DNA from: Planctomycetota bacterium
Lineage (GTDB): Bacteria > Planctomycetota > UBA8108 > SXIK01
Reading direction: 5' to 3'
DNA length: 64,000 bases
Assembly (NCBI GenBank): GCA_965223845.1
Contig: CBDCXR010000004.1
Location: 3,040,001-3,104,000, forward strand
The notes below the pieces were generated by a model. That model was given only the letters and a program-made list of their open reading frames with translations, was not told the DNA's origin and ran no database searches. The position numbers and the translations under genes are program-made. This document shows, in pieces, positions 19,790 through 29,715 of this stretch. How positions within the stretch are numbered: the stretch's first letter is position 1; each line of letters begins with the position of its first letter.

Positions 19790-21112
19790 ATGAAACCCAC
19801 GCTCTCGTATTTCGGGGCTTTGTTGGTAGTTGGCTTGCTCAGTGCGCCCGCGTTCGCGCAAACGGGCACCGTAACCGTAGTCCACGGAGTACCGGGACTG
19901 ACCGTGGACGTCTACGTCAACGGCGATCTGACGTTCGAGGATTTCGCCCCGGACACGATCACCGATCCCATCGAGCTTCCCGTCGGTGACTACGACATCG
20001 CGATCACGGCACCCGACGCGGACATCGCGGACGCCGTCATCACCGGCTCCGCGGCGCTGACCGAGGGCGCTTTCGTTTCGATCGTCGCGCACCTCGCGGC
20101 CGACGGCAGTCCGACCCTCTCCCTCGTGCCGCTCGACCTGACGCCCTCGGACGAGGGAAGCCGACTCACCGTCGCTCACCTCGCCGCGGCTCCGGCGGTC
20201 GACATCTCGCTCCGCCGGGTCTTTCGCCGGATCGGAAAGGTCGAAGGCGCCGAAAACGGCGACAGCGCGACGCTCGATCTGCGCGCGGGCCTCTACTTCG
20301 CCAAGATCTTCCCGGCGGGATCGGACGACGCGGTGTTCGGCCCCGCGAAGCTCATCCTGCGCACCGGGTACCACCACGTCGTTTACGCGGTGGGTTCCCT
20401 TGCGGACGAGACGTTCAGGGTCCTCACGCAGAAGATCGAGATTCCCCCGGAGGTTCCGGCGACCAATCAAGTCTCGGTCGTTCACGGCGTGCCCGGAGCG
20501 ACGGTCGATGTCTTCGTGAACGGCGCTCTCACACTCGACGATTTCACGCCGGGCACCATCACCGATCCGCTCGCCCTCCCGGCCGGCGACTACGAAGTCG
20601 CGCTCACGGGGGCGGAAGGCGGCGATCCGAGCTCGCCGCTGATCTCCGACACGTTCACTCTGGGATCAGGACAAAACGTTTCGATCGTCGCGCACCTCAC
20701 CGAGGACGGTGCGCTGGCTCTCACCGCCTACGCAAACGACGTGTCGTCGATCGGCTTCGCACGAAGTCGCATCGTGGTGCGGCACAACGCAGCGGCGCCC
20801 GCCGTCGACGTCGCACTGCGACGATGGTTCTGGCGAGCCGCAAAGATCGAAGGACTCGCGAATCCCGACGAGGCCCAGGCGGACGTGATCGCTGGTCGCT
20901 ACTCGGCGACCGTCTTTCCGGCCGGATCCGACGATGCCGTGCTCGGCCCCGCTCGGCTCACTCTCCGCACGGGTGACGTCCAGGTCGTCTACGCGATCGG
21001 CTCGCTCGCCGACGAGAATCTCGGCCTCCTCGTTCAGCGGATTCCGGTGAACGACTGGCGCTCGAGCCTCTTCGATCTGCTAGCATCGCTCCTCGCTCGA
21101 CTCGCTCGGTAA
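19790..21112 (+). CDS. Secreted tandem DUF4397 domain protein
   Basis: AAGGAGG RBS before ATG 19790; signal peptide; two ~200-aa repeats with VVHGVPG.TVDV.VNG and H.AAAPAVD. Confidence 0.85.
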   Translation: MKPTLSYFGALLVVGLLSAPAFAQTGTVTVVHGVPGLTVDVYVNGDLTFEDFAPDTITDPIELPVGDYDIAITAPDADIADAVITGSAALTEGAFVSIVAHLAADGSPTLSLVPLDLTPSDEGSRLTVAHLAAAPAVDISLRRVFRRIGKVEGAENGDSATLDLRAGLYFAKIFPAGSDDAVFGPAKLILRTGYHHVVYAVGSLADETFRVLTQKIEIPPEVPATNQVSVVHGVPGATVDVFVNGALTLDDFTPGTITDPLALPAGDYEVALTGAEGGDPSSPLISDTFTLGSGQNVSIVAHLTEDGALALTAYANDVSSIGFARSRIVVRHNAAAPAVDVALRRWFWRAAKIEGLANPDEAQADVIAGRYSATVFPAGSDDAVLGPARLTLRTGDVQVVYAIGSLADENLGLLVQRIPVNDWRSSLFDLLASLLARLAR

Positions 21113-21351
21113 CGAGCGGTGCGAGCACCGAGGCGCGAATGCACCCCAGCGAATGAGAATTCCAAGGGAGATTTCGCGCTCGCGCCTCGGTCGTCAATCA
21201 TTTCGCGTCCGGGGAGAGGATCGATCGAACGATCGCCCCTCTCCCCGGTGGCGCGGTTCCCCCGAGCCGCCGCGGCTCAGCTTGAAAGACTCGCGGCCGG
21301 CGCGGGTGACCTTGAAGACAACTCTTCCCCACAAGCGTCGTTCGTACTCCC

Positions 21352-23538
21352 ATGCGACCAGCTTCCTTGATCTCGAGTGCGCTTCTCGGCGCCCTGCTCG
21401 CCGCCGGCGCCTGGTGGCTGTTGTCGAGATCGCTCGAGTCCGATTCGAGAGAGGTCGACACCGGAAACCGGGAGCCCGAGGTGGTCGACGCGCCGACCGG
21501 CGCGCCGGATGCGCCGATTTCGGACGCGCACGTCGGATCGGATTCCGTCGAGCCCCTCGATTCCGACGCACGGACGCTTCCGGTCGCTCCGCTCAGCCGT
21601 TCTCTCGTCGGCCGCGTGGTATCCGCGGAGGACGGCGCGGCGATCGAAGGCGCTCTCGTCGAGATCGCGCTCGATCTCCCCGGCGTACCGATCGACTCGC
21701 GTCCGCTCGCGCGGACCGAAACCGCCGGAGACGGACGGTTCGAGTTCTCGAGCTTGCCGGGACTTGGTTTTCGCGCGCGCGCATCTCACGACGGGCACCT
21801 CGATGCGACGCTCACGGGACTTCGGATCGGAAGCGAGATCGAGTTTCGCCTCGAGCCCGGCGCCCCGCTAGCCTGCCGAATCGAGCGACGTTCGGCCTAT
21901 GGCGTCGAGCCGATTCCGGAGTGCCGCGCTCGACTCCAGATCGCCGGTTCCGGCTGGACTCGAACCATCGAGAGCGATCGATCGGGAATGGCGACGATCT
22001 CGGGCGTCACGCGGGAGCAACTCGCTCGAGCCGCAGAGCTCGGTGAGCTCGAGCTCGCGGTTCCGGGGTACGTCGCTGCCGCGATCGAGCTGCCGCAAGA
22101 CCCGACGGGCCCGGCCGTACTTCTTTCTGCGGCGCGCGGTACGACCATTGCGGGTCGAGTCGTCGATTCGGTAACGGGAGCGGGGATAGAACACTCGAGC
22201 GTCACTACCGACGGGAACGCCGAGGTCGAAACGGATCACCGCGGAAGGTTCCGGATCCACGGAGCGGAGCGGTGGCTGCTTGCGAGCGCCGCCGGATACA
22301 CCCCGGCCGGAATCGATCTCCTCGCGCGAACCGATCTTTCCGATCTCTCGGATCCGCCGGTGGAGATCCAAGTGACTGTCGAGCTCGACGCGGGACTCAC
22401 TCTCCACGGCCGCGTCCTTCGACCCGACGGCACCGGAGTCGGCGGTGCGGAGGTCCTCGTCGATCCTCGCATGCTCTCGCGCCACGAGCTCCAGTCGGAG
22501 TGGACGGAGAGCGCCCTTCGATCCGGCTCTTGTCGCACGGACGCGAACGGGAACTACCGTCTGGACGGCATCGCTCGAAAGTGGATCAACGCGTCCGGAA
22601 ACCTCGCCCTACGAGTACGACCCGCGAGCTCCCACGGCTGGGTCGTTCACTATGTCCACCTCGATCTCACCTCCGCCGAATTCGCCCACGACGTCGTTCT
22701 TCCCCTCGGGAACGCAACGGGTTCCGTGCGAACGGCCGGCGGCGAGCCCGCGTCGGGTGCACGAGTTTCGGTCGCGTCCCTCGACGGACGCATCGGCCAG
22801 AGCGCGATCGCGGACGAGAGCGGCGATTTTCAACTGATCGATCTTCCCGCCGGACGGTTTCAAGCTGCCGTCGAGCACGCCGGTGCCACTCGAGTCGTCA
22901 CGACGCTCAGCGTTCCGTCGGAGCGACTCGAGTTTTCGCTCGATCCTACCCACGCGGTACGCGCTCGGATCGGCCTCGGCGCTCACCCGCTCCCTCCCGG
23001 TTTCTCGGTAGCGATCCCGCTTCTCGACCGAAAGATCCGCATCGAGCTGAAGCGCGCGCCCGACGATCGGGGGATCGTCGAGTTCGGCGACGTCCCTCGG
23101 GGGGCGTACCCGCTCCGCGTTCTGGCTCCGAGTCCGCACGCACCGTTTCTCCCTTACCCGGAGCAGTTCGAAACGCGGATTCACGTCGGAGACCAAGACT
23201 GGGAGGGCGACGTCGAGTATCCCATCGAGCCCGCGGGGACGGTCCTCTTCTCGTTCGCCGCAGAGGGCGGCGCGTCCCTCGAATCCGTAGAGATCGCAGT
23301 CCTCCATTTCCGGGGAGGATTGCATCGATACGGGTCGCCGTCGAGCTCGAGCAAGCGTTCGCACCGCCTCGCGATCGCTCGCGAGGAGTATCGCGCGCTC
23401 CTTCGCCCGGGCGACTACCTTTTCCGCTTCCGCTCGATCGATCCATCCGCAACGAGCCTCGAGTCGCGAGAGCGAATTGTCGTCCGTCGCGACGAACAGG
23501 CCGAAGCCGCGGTCGTGCTTCGTGCGCGCTCGCGCTGA
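21352..23538 (+). CDS. Membrane-anchored protein with carboxypeptidase-regulatory-like (Cna-B type) repeats
   Basis: N-terminal TM, acidic linker, repeated G.V...G..I.GA.V...TD..G.F motifs. Confidence 0.75.
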   Translation: MRPASLISSALLGALLAAGAWWLLSRSLESDSREVDTGNREPEVVDAPTGAPDAPISDAHVGSDSVEPLDSDARTLPVAPLSRSLVGRVVSAEDGAAIEGALVEIALDLPGVPIDSRPLARTETAGDGRFEFSSLPGLGFRARASHDGHLDATLTGLRIGSEIEFRLEPGAPLACRIERRSAYGVEPIPECRARLQIAGSGWTRTIESDRSGMATISGVTREQLARAAELGELELAVPGYVAAAIELPQDPTGPAVLLSAARGTTIAGRVVDSVTGAGIEHSSVTTDGNAEVETDHRGRFRIHGAERWLLASAAGYTPAGIDLLARTDLSDLSDPPVEIQVTVELDAGLTLHGRVLRPDGTGVGGAEVLVDPRMLSRHELQSEWTESALRSGSCRTDANGNYRLDGIARKWINASGNLALRVRPASSHGWVVHYVHLDLTSAEFAHDVVLPLGNATGSVRTAGGEPASGARVSVASLDGRIGQSAIADESGDFQLIDLPAGRFQAAVEHAGATRVVTTLSVPSERLEFSLDPTHAVRARIGLGAHPLPPGFSVAIPLLDRKIRIELKRAPDDRGIVEFGDVPRGAYPLRVLAPSPHAPFLPYPEQFETRIHVGDQDWEGDVEYPIEPAGTVLFSFAAEGGASLESVEIAVLHFRGGLHRYGSPSSSSKRSHRLAIAREEYRALLRPGDYLFRFRSIDPSATSLESRERIVVRRDEQAEAAVVLRARSR

Positions 23539-23614
23539 CGTGCCGCACGGCGAGGGTCGCTGCGGGATGATCGCCGGCAGCTCGCGATCTTCAGCAACGA
23601 TCGCGACGAAAGGA

Positions 23615-24505
23615 TCACCGTCGCGAGCGATCGGGCCGATGGTACAGCGCACGCGCGAACTCAGCGAGTTGCTCCATTGTATCGCAGTGCGCAGTCGATC
23701 GAATTCGTGCGCGCGTCCGGTCGTCGATCGCTCGCCCGCCGACCACGACGGCGACATCGAGCTTTCGTGCGCTGTCGTAGAGACGGGAGTATTCCCCGAC
23801 GAATTCCTCCACCGATTGGAGGTGAGCGACACTGATCCAGACAAGGGACGGTCGTTCCGTGCGAATCGCGTTCTCGAGGCTGGCCGGCGGCAAATCGACG
23901 CCGTAGGCCTCCGCGCGCCACCCGAGATCGCGAAGAGTCAGCTCCGCCATGGCCGAACCGATCGAGTACGGATCGCCGGAAAGGGATCCCCCGATCGCGT
24001 ACGGCGCGTCTGGGGCGGGCGCGTCGATCATTCCCCGCAGCTCGTGAAGAAAACGGGAGCAGATCTCGCAGGCGCGACGCTCTTGGTAGACGTCGACGCG
24101 ACCGTGTTCCCACGCGTCTCCGATCGCAACGAACGCGGGCGCGATCTCACGGTCGAAGAGCTCCGGAAGTGCGACTCCGGCTACGAACCGTGCGAGAGCG
24201 AGACTCCGAAACGCGCTCTCGTCGCCGGACTCGAGCGCCGCCCGAAACGAGTCGCTCGCGAGATCATCGCGGGACCCCGAGTCCTCGGTCTTCGGAAACG
24301 CGTCGGCGATTCCGAGGCGTTCGGGGTCCTCGGCGCTCCGTCCGCTCGCGCGGAGGAACGAAATGACACTCGCGGTGGTGATTCGACGGTGTCCGCCCAC
24401 GGTCCGCGTCGTGGCGAACACTCCCTTGTCGCACCAACGCTTGATCGAAGCCTCGCTCACCCCCAGAGCGATCGCCGCCTCCCGCGGCGAGAGCGAGTCC
24501 CTCAT
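23615..24505 (-). CDS. MerR/excisionase-type HTH + degenerate cobalamin-binding domain regulator (CarH/LitR-like)
   Basis: LSPREAA..LGVSEASIKRWCDKG...T.GGHRR; W-x9-ER; GDPYSIG; YGVDLP; VGGRA. Confidence 0.85.
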   Translation of the reverse strand: MRDSLSPREAAIALGVSEASIKRWCDKGVFATTRTVGGHRRITTASVISFLRASGRSAEDPERLGIADAFPKTEDSGSRDDLASDSFRAALESGDESAFRSLALARFVAGVALPELFDREIAPAFVAIGDAWEHGRVDVYQERRACEICSRFLHELRGMIDAPAPDAPYAIGGSLSGDPYSIGSAMAELTLRDLGWRAEAYGVDLPPASLENAIRTERPSLVWISVAHLQSVEEFVGEYSRLYDSARKLDVAVVVGGRAIDDRTRARIRSTAHCDTMEQLAEFARALYHRPDRSRR

Positions 24506-24670
24506 TCGTCTCGCCCCCGAAGATCGAGTTCGTCCCCAACCGCACGCCTCGCGGCCCCGCGCTCGCCCCTCGGCTTCCGATCGCGGCCGTCTCCCCGACC
24601 GCTATGAGCCGGCGGCAGACGCCCCGAGTCCACGTGCGCGCACCGGCGCTCAGCATCGCGCAGCGACCAG

Positions 24671-24696
24671 ACCATCAAATCGTTCAATACGTTCAC
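24671..24696 (-). promoter_or_regulatory. Putative operator (9-bp tandem repeats) facing the CarH-like regulator
   Basis: Minus strand reads G TGAACGTAT TGAACGATT TGATGGT. Confidence 0.6.
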
Positions 24697-24774
24697 AGCT
24701 CGCCTGATCTCGAGGTCCACAGCGACCATGTTCGCTTCCGTTTTCGATTTTTCAAGACATCTTCGAGAATCGCA

Positions 24775-24806
24775 TTGACACCCACCTCTCCCGCCTTGAT
24801 AGTAAT
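24775..24806 (+). promoter_or_regulatory. Putative sigma70 promoter of the desaturase operon
   Basis: TTGACA at 24775-24780, 17-bp spacer, then GATAGT(AAT). Confidence 0.5.
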
Positions 24807-24817
24807 CGTCGTCTCGA

Positions 24818-24845
24818 GTGAACGTTTTGAACGTTTTTGTGATGG
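24818..24845 (+). promoter_or_regulatory. Putative operator (9-bp tandem repeats) facing the desaturase operon
   Basis: G TGAACGTTT TGAACGTTT TTGTGATGG; near-inverted copy of 24671-24696. Confidence 0.6.
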
Positions 24846-25834
24846 GCCACCCGACGTTGTCTGCCCCGAATCATGCCCCGAAATCCCGTACGCGGGAAGG
24901 CTGCCTCGCGCGGTGGCTCGTGAGCGATCCACCCGTTCCGACGCCAAGCGCGGACGACGATCGCATCGACTGGCTCCGCTGCGCGCCCTTCTTCCTCGTT
25001 CACGCCGCCTGCCTCGGCGTCTTCTGGGTCGGCGCGAGTGCGTTCGCGGTCGGAATCGCGATCGGCCTCTACGTCGTGCGCATGTTTTTCATCACCGCGT
25101 TCTATCACCGTTACTTCTCGCACCGATCCTTCAGAACGAGCCGCTGGGTGCAGTTACTAGGGGCCGTAGGAGCCTGCACCGCAGCCCAGCGCGGCCCGCT
25201 TTGGTGGGCCGCGCACCATCGCCACCACCACGCTCACTCCGACGGCCCGTCGGACAAGCACTCCCCGCGGCACCGGGGCATGATCTTCAGTCACATCGGC
25301 TGGTTCATGACACGCGGAAACTTCTCGACCGATCACCGTTACGTGCGGGACTGGGCCCGTTTCGCGGAGCTCCGCTTCCTCAATCGGTTCGACTGGGTTC
25401 CGTTTGTCGTTCTCGGCGCAGTTCTGTTCGCCGTCGGCGAGCTGCTCGAAGCTCGACGGCCTCACTGGAACACAAACGGCGCTCAGCTTCTCGTGTGGTA
25501 CCTGATCTCGACCGTGGCTCTCTACCACGTCACGTACACGATCAACTCGCTCGCCCATCGCTTCGGGTCGCGGCGATTTGAAACGCGGGACGACAGCCGG
25601 AACAACGCGATGCTCGCGCTCCTCACGCTGGGGGAGGGCTGGCACAACAACCACCACCACTATCCCGCTTCGGCGCGTCAGGGCTTCTATTGGTGGGAAA
25701 TCGATCTCACGTTCTATGTCCTACGATTCTTCGCCGCCCTCGGAATGATCTGGGGCCTTCGCCCGGTGCCGGAGCACGTGCGCGCCGCCGGCCGACCCGG
25801 CAAAGCAGCGCCGGCGCTCGAGGAGGCGCGATGA
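24842..25834 (+). CDS. Acyl-CoA (delta-9 type) fatty acid desaturase
   Basis: His boxes HRYFSH, HRHHH, GEGWHNNHH; TM helices. Confidence 0.92.
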   Translation: MGHPTLSAPNHAPKSRTREGCLARWLVSDPPVPTPSADDDRIDWLRCAPFFLVHAACLGVFWVGASAFAVGIAIGLYVVRMFFITAFYHRYFSHRSFRTSRWVQLLGAVGACTAAQRGPLWWAAHHRHHHAHSDGPSDKHSPRHRGMIFSHIGWFMTRGNFSTDHRYVRDWARFAELRFLNRFDWVPFVVLGAVLFAVGELLEARRPHWNTNGAQLLVWYLISTVALYHVTYTINSLAHRFGSRRFETRDDSRNNAMLALLTLGEGWHNNHHHYPASARQGFYWWEIDLTFYVLRFFAALGMIWGLRPVPEHVRAAGRPGKAAPALEEAR

Positions 25835-27111
25835 CGAGGATCACCGTAGCCAGTCCGCGTCCTCGCATCGCCATCGTGGGAACCGGAATTTCGGGTCTGG
25901 TCTCCGCCTACCGGCTTCACGACGAGCACGAGATTACGGTGTTCGAAGCGAGCGATCGCATCGGCGGGCACACCAACACCGTCCCGATCGAGCTCGACGG
26001 GAAGGACTATCGGATCGACACCGGGTTCATCGTATTCAACGAGCTCCACTACCCGAAGTTCACGCGGCTGCTCGCTGAGCTCGGCGTCGCGTCGCGGCCG
26101 ACCTCGATGAGCTTCAGTGTACGCTGCGACCGCACTGGGATCGAATTCAACGGCACGTCACTCCGAACGCTGTTCGTGCAAAAGCGAAACCTTCTTCGCG
26201 CCGGGTTCTGGCGGATGCTTCGCGACATCGTCCGGTTCGGTCGGACCGCGCCGAAGCTTCTCGAGGCGCCGGATTCGCTCTCGGTTCGCGCGTACCTCGA
26301 GAGCGCCGGATACAGCGAAGGATTCCGCGAGCGGTACCTCCTCCCGCTCGGTTCGGCGCTCTGGTCTTGCTCGAGCGAGACTTTCTCGTCGTTTCCGATT
26401 CGATTCGTGGTGGAGTTTCTTCACAACCACCACATGCTCCAGCTGCGCGATCGACCCGTGTGGCGGGTCATCGAAGGCGGATCGCACCGGTACGTGAGCG
26501 CGCTCACGCGTCCGTTTCGGCATCGCATTCGAACTCGCTGCGCCGTGCGGTCGATTCGCCGCTACGACGACCACGTGAAGCTCATCGGCGCGACCGGCAG
26601 CGTCGAACGCTTCGACGAGGTCGTCCTCGCCTGCCACGCCGATCAGGCGCTTCGACTCCTCGAGGATCCATCTCGCGATGAAGAGCGGATCCTCTCCAGC
26701 TTTCCGTACCAACGGAACGAGGTCGCGCTTCACACGGACACGTCGGTCCTTCCTCGAGACCGGCGCGCGTGGGCGAGCTGGAACTATCACATCCGCACGG
26801 ACCGTCCGCGATCGGCGACCGTCACGTACGACATGAATCTGCTTCAAGGGCTCGTCGCCCCAAACGAGTTCTGCGTGACGCTCAACGATACCGAAGGAAT
26901 CGACCCCGCGAAGATCCTCCGGCGCATCAGCTACGACCACCCGACCTTCGATCACCGACAGTCCGCGGCGCAAAAGCGACACGCAGAGCTGATTCGCAAC
27001 CGGAGAACGTCCTATTGCGGAGCCTACTGGGGCTACGGGTTCCACGAAGACGGCGTGCGCAGCGCGACTGCGGTCACCGAAGCGTTCGGGAGGCAGTATG
27101 TCCCGCAATAG
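25831..27111 (+). CDS. FAD-dependent oxidoreductase (COG2907; UfaD-like)
   Basis: [44 protein letters not shown]; ATGA overlap with the desaturase. Confidence 0.88.
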   Translation: MTRITVASPRPRIAIVGTGISGLVSAYRLHDEHEITVFEASDRIGGHTNTVPIELDGKDYRIDTGFIVFNELHYPKFTRLLAELGVASRPTSMSFSVRCDRTGIEFNGTSLRTLFVQKRNLLRAGFWRMLRDIVRFGRTAPKLLEAPDSLSVRAYLESAGYSEGFRERYLLPLGSALWSCSSETFSSFPIRFVVEFLHNHHMLQLRDRPVWRVIEGGSHRYVSALTRPFRHRIRTRCAVRSIRRYDDHVKLIGATGSVERFDEVVLACHADQALRLLEDPSRDEERILSSFPYQRNEVALHTDTSVLPRDRRAWASWNYHIRTDRPRSATVTYDMNLLQGLVAPNEFCVTLNDTEGIDPAKILRRISYDHPTFDHRQSAAQKRHAELIRNRRTSYCGAYWGYGFHEDGVRSATAVTEAFGRQYVPQ

Positions 27112-27871
27112 CTGCGTCTACTCCGGACGGGTTCGGCACCGGCGGCATCGTCCCGTCGAGCACGAATTCAGCTACTCCGTATTCATGGTCTATCTCGATC
27201 TGGCCGAGCTCGACGACGTCTTCCGCGGACGTTGGCTGTGGTCCGTCGAGAAGCCCAACCTCGCCGCATTCTTTCGGCGCGACCATCTCGGACCCCGCGG
27301 GGAGACGCTCGAAGAGTCCGTTCGTGAGCTCGTCGCGGAGCAGACCGGACGCCGTCCGAGCGGCCCGATTCGGCTCCTCACGCATCTCCGCTACTTCGGC
27401 TACACGATGAATCCGGTGAGCTTCTACTACTGCTGGAACACCGAAGGAACGGCGGTCGAGTACCTCGTCGCGGAAGTGAACAACACTCCGTGGGGCGAGC
27501 AGCACTCCTACGTCGTCGATCGCACCAAGGCCGAGGTTCGGCGGGGTTGGACCCGCGCCGCCTTCGGAAAGGAGTTCCACGTCTCTCCGTTCATGGCGAT
27601 GGACCAGACGTACAACTGGAGCTTCTCGGAGCCCGGACCGGAGCTCTTCTTTCAGATGGAAAACCGCGAGTCCGACGAAGTCGTGTTCGACGCATTCCTT
27701 CACCTTCGCCGGCGCGAACTCACCGGACGAACGCTCGCCGCGACTCTCGCTCGTTACCCGCTCATGACGACGCAAGTCGTCGCGGCGATCTATTGGCAAG
27801 CGTTTCGGCTGTGGCTGAAACGCTGCCCCTTCCACCCTCACCCGAAACACTCGGAGGGAGTCAGCCCGTGA
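27098..27871 (+). CDS. DUF1365 family protein (UfaO-like)
   Basis: [40 protein letters not shown]. Confidence 0.9.
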   Translation: MSRNSCVYSGRVRHRRHRPVEHEFSYSVFMVYLDLAELDDVFRGRWLWSVEKPNLAAFFRRDHLGPRGETLEESVRELVAEQTGRRPSGPIRLLTHLRYFGYTMNPVSFYYCWNTEGTAVEYLVAEVNNTPWGEQHSYVVDRTKAEVRRGWTRAAFGKEFHVSPFMAMDQTYNWSFSEPGPELFFQMENRESDEVVFDAFLHLRRRELTGRTLAATLARYPLMTTQVVAAIYWQAFRLWLKRCPFHPHPKHSEGVSP

Positions 27872-29163
27872 CCACGAGCGAGACCATCCGACCTCAAGAA
27901 ATGGACCGGACGGTTCTGGGCGAGAGCCCGAATCCCACGCGTCTCGAGCCGATGGGCGCCGCGGATCGACTCGCGAAGCGCGTCGTCGAGCAACGATTGT
28001 CGGCCCTTCCCGGCGGCGGCATCACCGTTGTGAGCGAAGCTGCGAGCATCCCCGACGATCGTCGCCCGAGAATCCGAGTTCGCGATCCGAGGTTTTACCG
28101 TCGCGTCATCCGCGGAGGAACGATCGGCGCCGCCGAGGCCTACATGAACGGCTGGTGGGAATGCGATGATCTCGCGGCCCTGATCCGGGCCCTAGTCCGT
28201 CACATCGAAGTCGCGGACGGACTCGACACGGGCACGACTCGGATCCGGCGGCTCGCCGAGCGCGCTGGACATTGGCTTCGCCGAAACACGCGACGCGGCA
28301 GTCGGCGAAACATTCATGCGCATTACGATCTCGGGAACGATTTCTTTCGTCTCTTCCTCGACCCGAGCCTCACCTACTCGTGCGGAATCTTCGAGGAGGC
28401 GACCTCTACCCTCGAAGAGGCATCTCAGGAAAAACTGGATCGCATCTGCCGAAAGCTCCGCCTCGCTCCACACGACCGCCTGCTCGAGATCGGTTCCGGC
28501 TGGGGAAGTTTTGCCCTTCACGCAGCGGCGAACTACGGCTGCCGGGTGACAACCACCACGATCTCAAGCGAGCAGTTCGAGCTGGCTCGCGAGCGCGTTG
28601 CGAAGGCGAATCTCTCCGAACGCGTGACGGTTCTCCTCGAAGACTACCGCCAACTGACCGGTCGTTACGACAAGATCGTCTCGATCGAGATGATCGAAGC
28701 CGTCGGTCACGAGTTTCTCCCGGAGTACTTCGGAAAGTGCAGCGCTCTTCTCGAACGACATGGCGCGATGCTCCTTCAGGCGATCACCATGCCGGATCAC
28801 CGTTACGAGCGATATCGGCGATCGGTCGACTTCATTCGAAAGTACATCTTCCCCGGAAGCTGCGTCCCATCGGTCGCCGCGATGAGCTCAGCCATCGCGA
28901 AATCGAGCGACATGCGCTTGACGCACCTCGAAGACATCGGGATCCACTACGCGACGACGCTTCGGCACTGGCGCGAGAGGTTTCTCGCGCACCGAGAAGA
29001 CGTGCGCGCTCTCGGGCATTCCGAATCCTTCGTTCGGCTCTGGGAATTCTATCTCGCCTACTGCGAGGCTGGTTTCGCCGAACGATATCTCGGTGACGTG
29101 CATATGCTTCTCGTCAAGCCGGGATGGTCGCCGAGCGTGGTCTCGAGTCCGGGCGAAGGATAA
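27868..29163 (+). CDS. cfa: Cyclopropane-fatty-acyl-phospholipid synthase family methyltransferase (UfaM/CfaS-like)
   Basis: [50 protein letters not shown]; GTG start overlaps the DUF1365 stop. Confidence 0.9.
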   Translation: MTTSETIRPQEMDRTVLGESPNPTRLEPMGAADRLAKRVVEQRLSALPGGGITVVSEAASIPDDRRPRIRVRDPRFYRRVIRGGTIGAAEAYMNGWWECDDLAALIRALVRHIEVADGLDTGTTRIRRLAERAGHWLRRNTRRGSRRNIHAHYDLGNDFFRLFLDPSLTYSCGIFEEATSTLEEASQEKLDRICRKLRLAPHDRLLEIGSGWGSFALHAAANYGCRVTTTTISSEQFELARERVAKANLSERVTVLLEDYRQLTGRYDKIVSIEMIEAVGHEFLPEYFGKCSALLERHGAMLLQAITMPDHRYERYRRSVDFIRKYIFPGSCVPSVAAMSSAIAKSSDMRLTHLEDIGIHYATTLRHWRERFLAHREDVRALGHSESFVRLWEFYLAYCEAGFAERYLGDVHMLLVKPGWSPSVVSSPGEG

Positions 29164-29166
29164 GTC

Positions 29167-29715
29167 GTGATTCGCTCCGGCGTCTTCATCAACGCGGGTC
29201 TATTCCAAGCGAGCTGGTTCACGGCCGTCATCGGAGCCGCGCACGGTCGAAGCGGGATCGGGCCGATCGCGATCGCGACCTGGGTCGCGTTCCACCTAGC
29301 TCTGAGCCGAGAGCGGGTCAGCGAGCTCGCTACGATCCTCGCGGCGATCGCCGTGGGCTACGTCACGGATTCCCTGCTCGTCTCGGTGGACGTCTATCGG
29401 TTCCATGACGACAACGGAATCGTCCGACCCACGCGAATCTGGATGCTCGCGCTCTGGGCGAATCTCGGAGCGACCCTTCGCTCCTCCCTCGCTTGGCTAC
29501 GCGGCCGAACCGCACGTGCGGCCGCCAGCGGCGCACTCAGTGCCCCGCTCGCGTACTACGGCGCGGCGAAGATCGGCGCGATTGCGATACCCTCACCCCT
29601 GCCGCCGCGGTTCACCGCGATCGCCACGGGTGGAGCCCTCGCGGTGGCGGCGATCGCGGCGTTCGCTTCGGCGTGGGACCGGCCACGCGGCGCCTCGACG
29701 GAGTCTCCGCCATGA
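29167..29715 (+). CDS. DUF2878 family membrane protein
   Basis: N..LFQ..W, W...LW, SL.WL, PL.YY.A pattern; operon context. Confidence 0.8.
   Translation: MIRSGVFINAGLFQASWFTAVIGAAHGRSGIGPIAIATWVAFHLALSRERVSELATILAAIAVGYVTDSLLVSVDVYRFHDDNGIVRPTRIWMLALWANLGATLRSSLAWLRGRTARAAASGALSAPLAYYGAAKIGAIAIPSPLPPRFTAIATGGALAVAAIAAFASAWDRPRGASTESPP

Noticed and set aside
24502-24729. 75-aa ORF overlapping the start of the CarH-like regulator (ATGA)
   Set aside because: Runs through the promoter/operator and is Arg/Gly-rich with no recognisable features; its NVLN similarity to the desaturase ORF-track N-terminus only reflects the operator repeat. A leader peptide cannot be fully excluded
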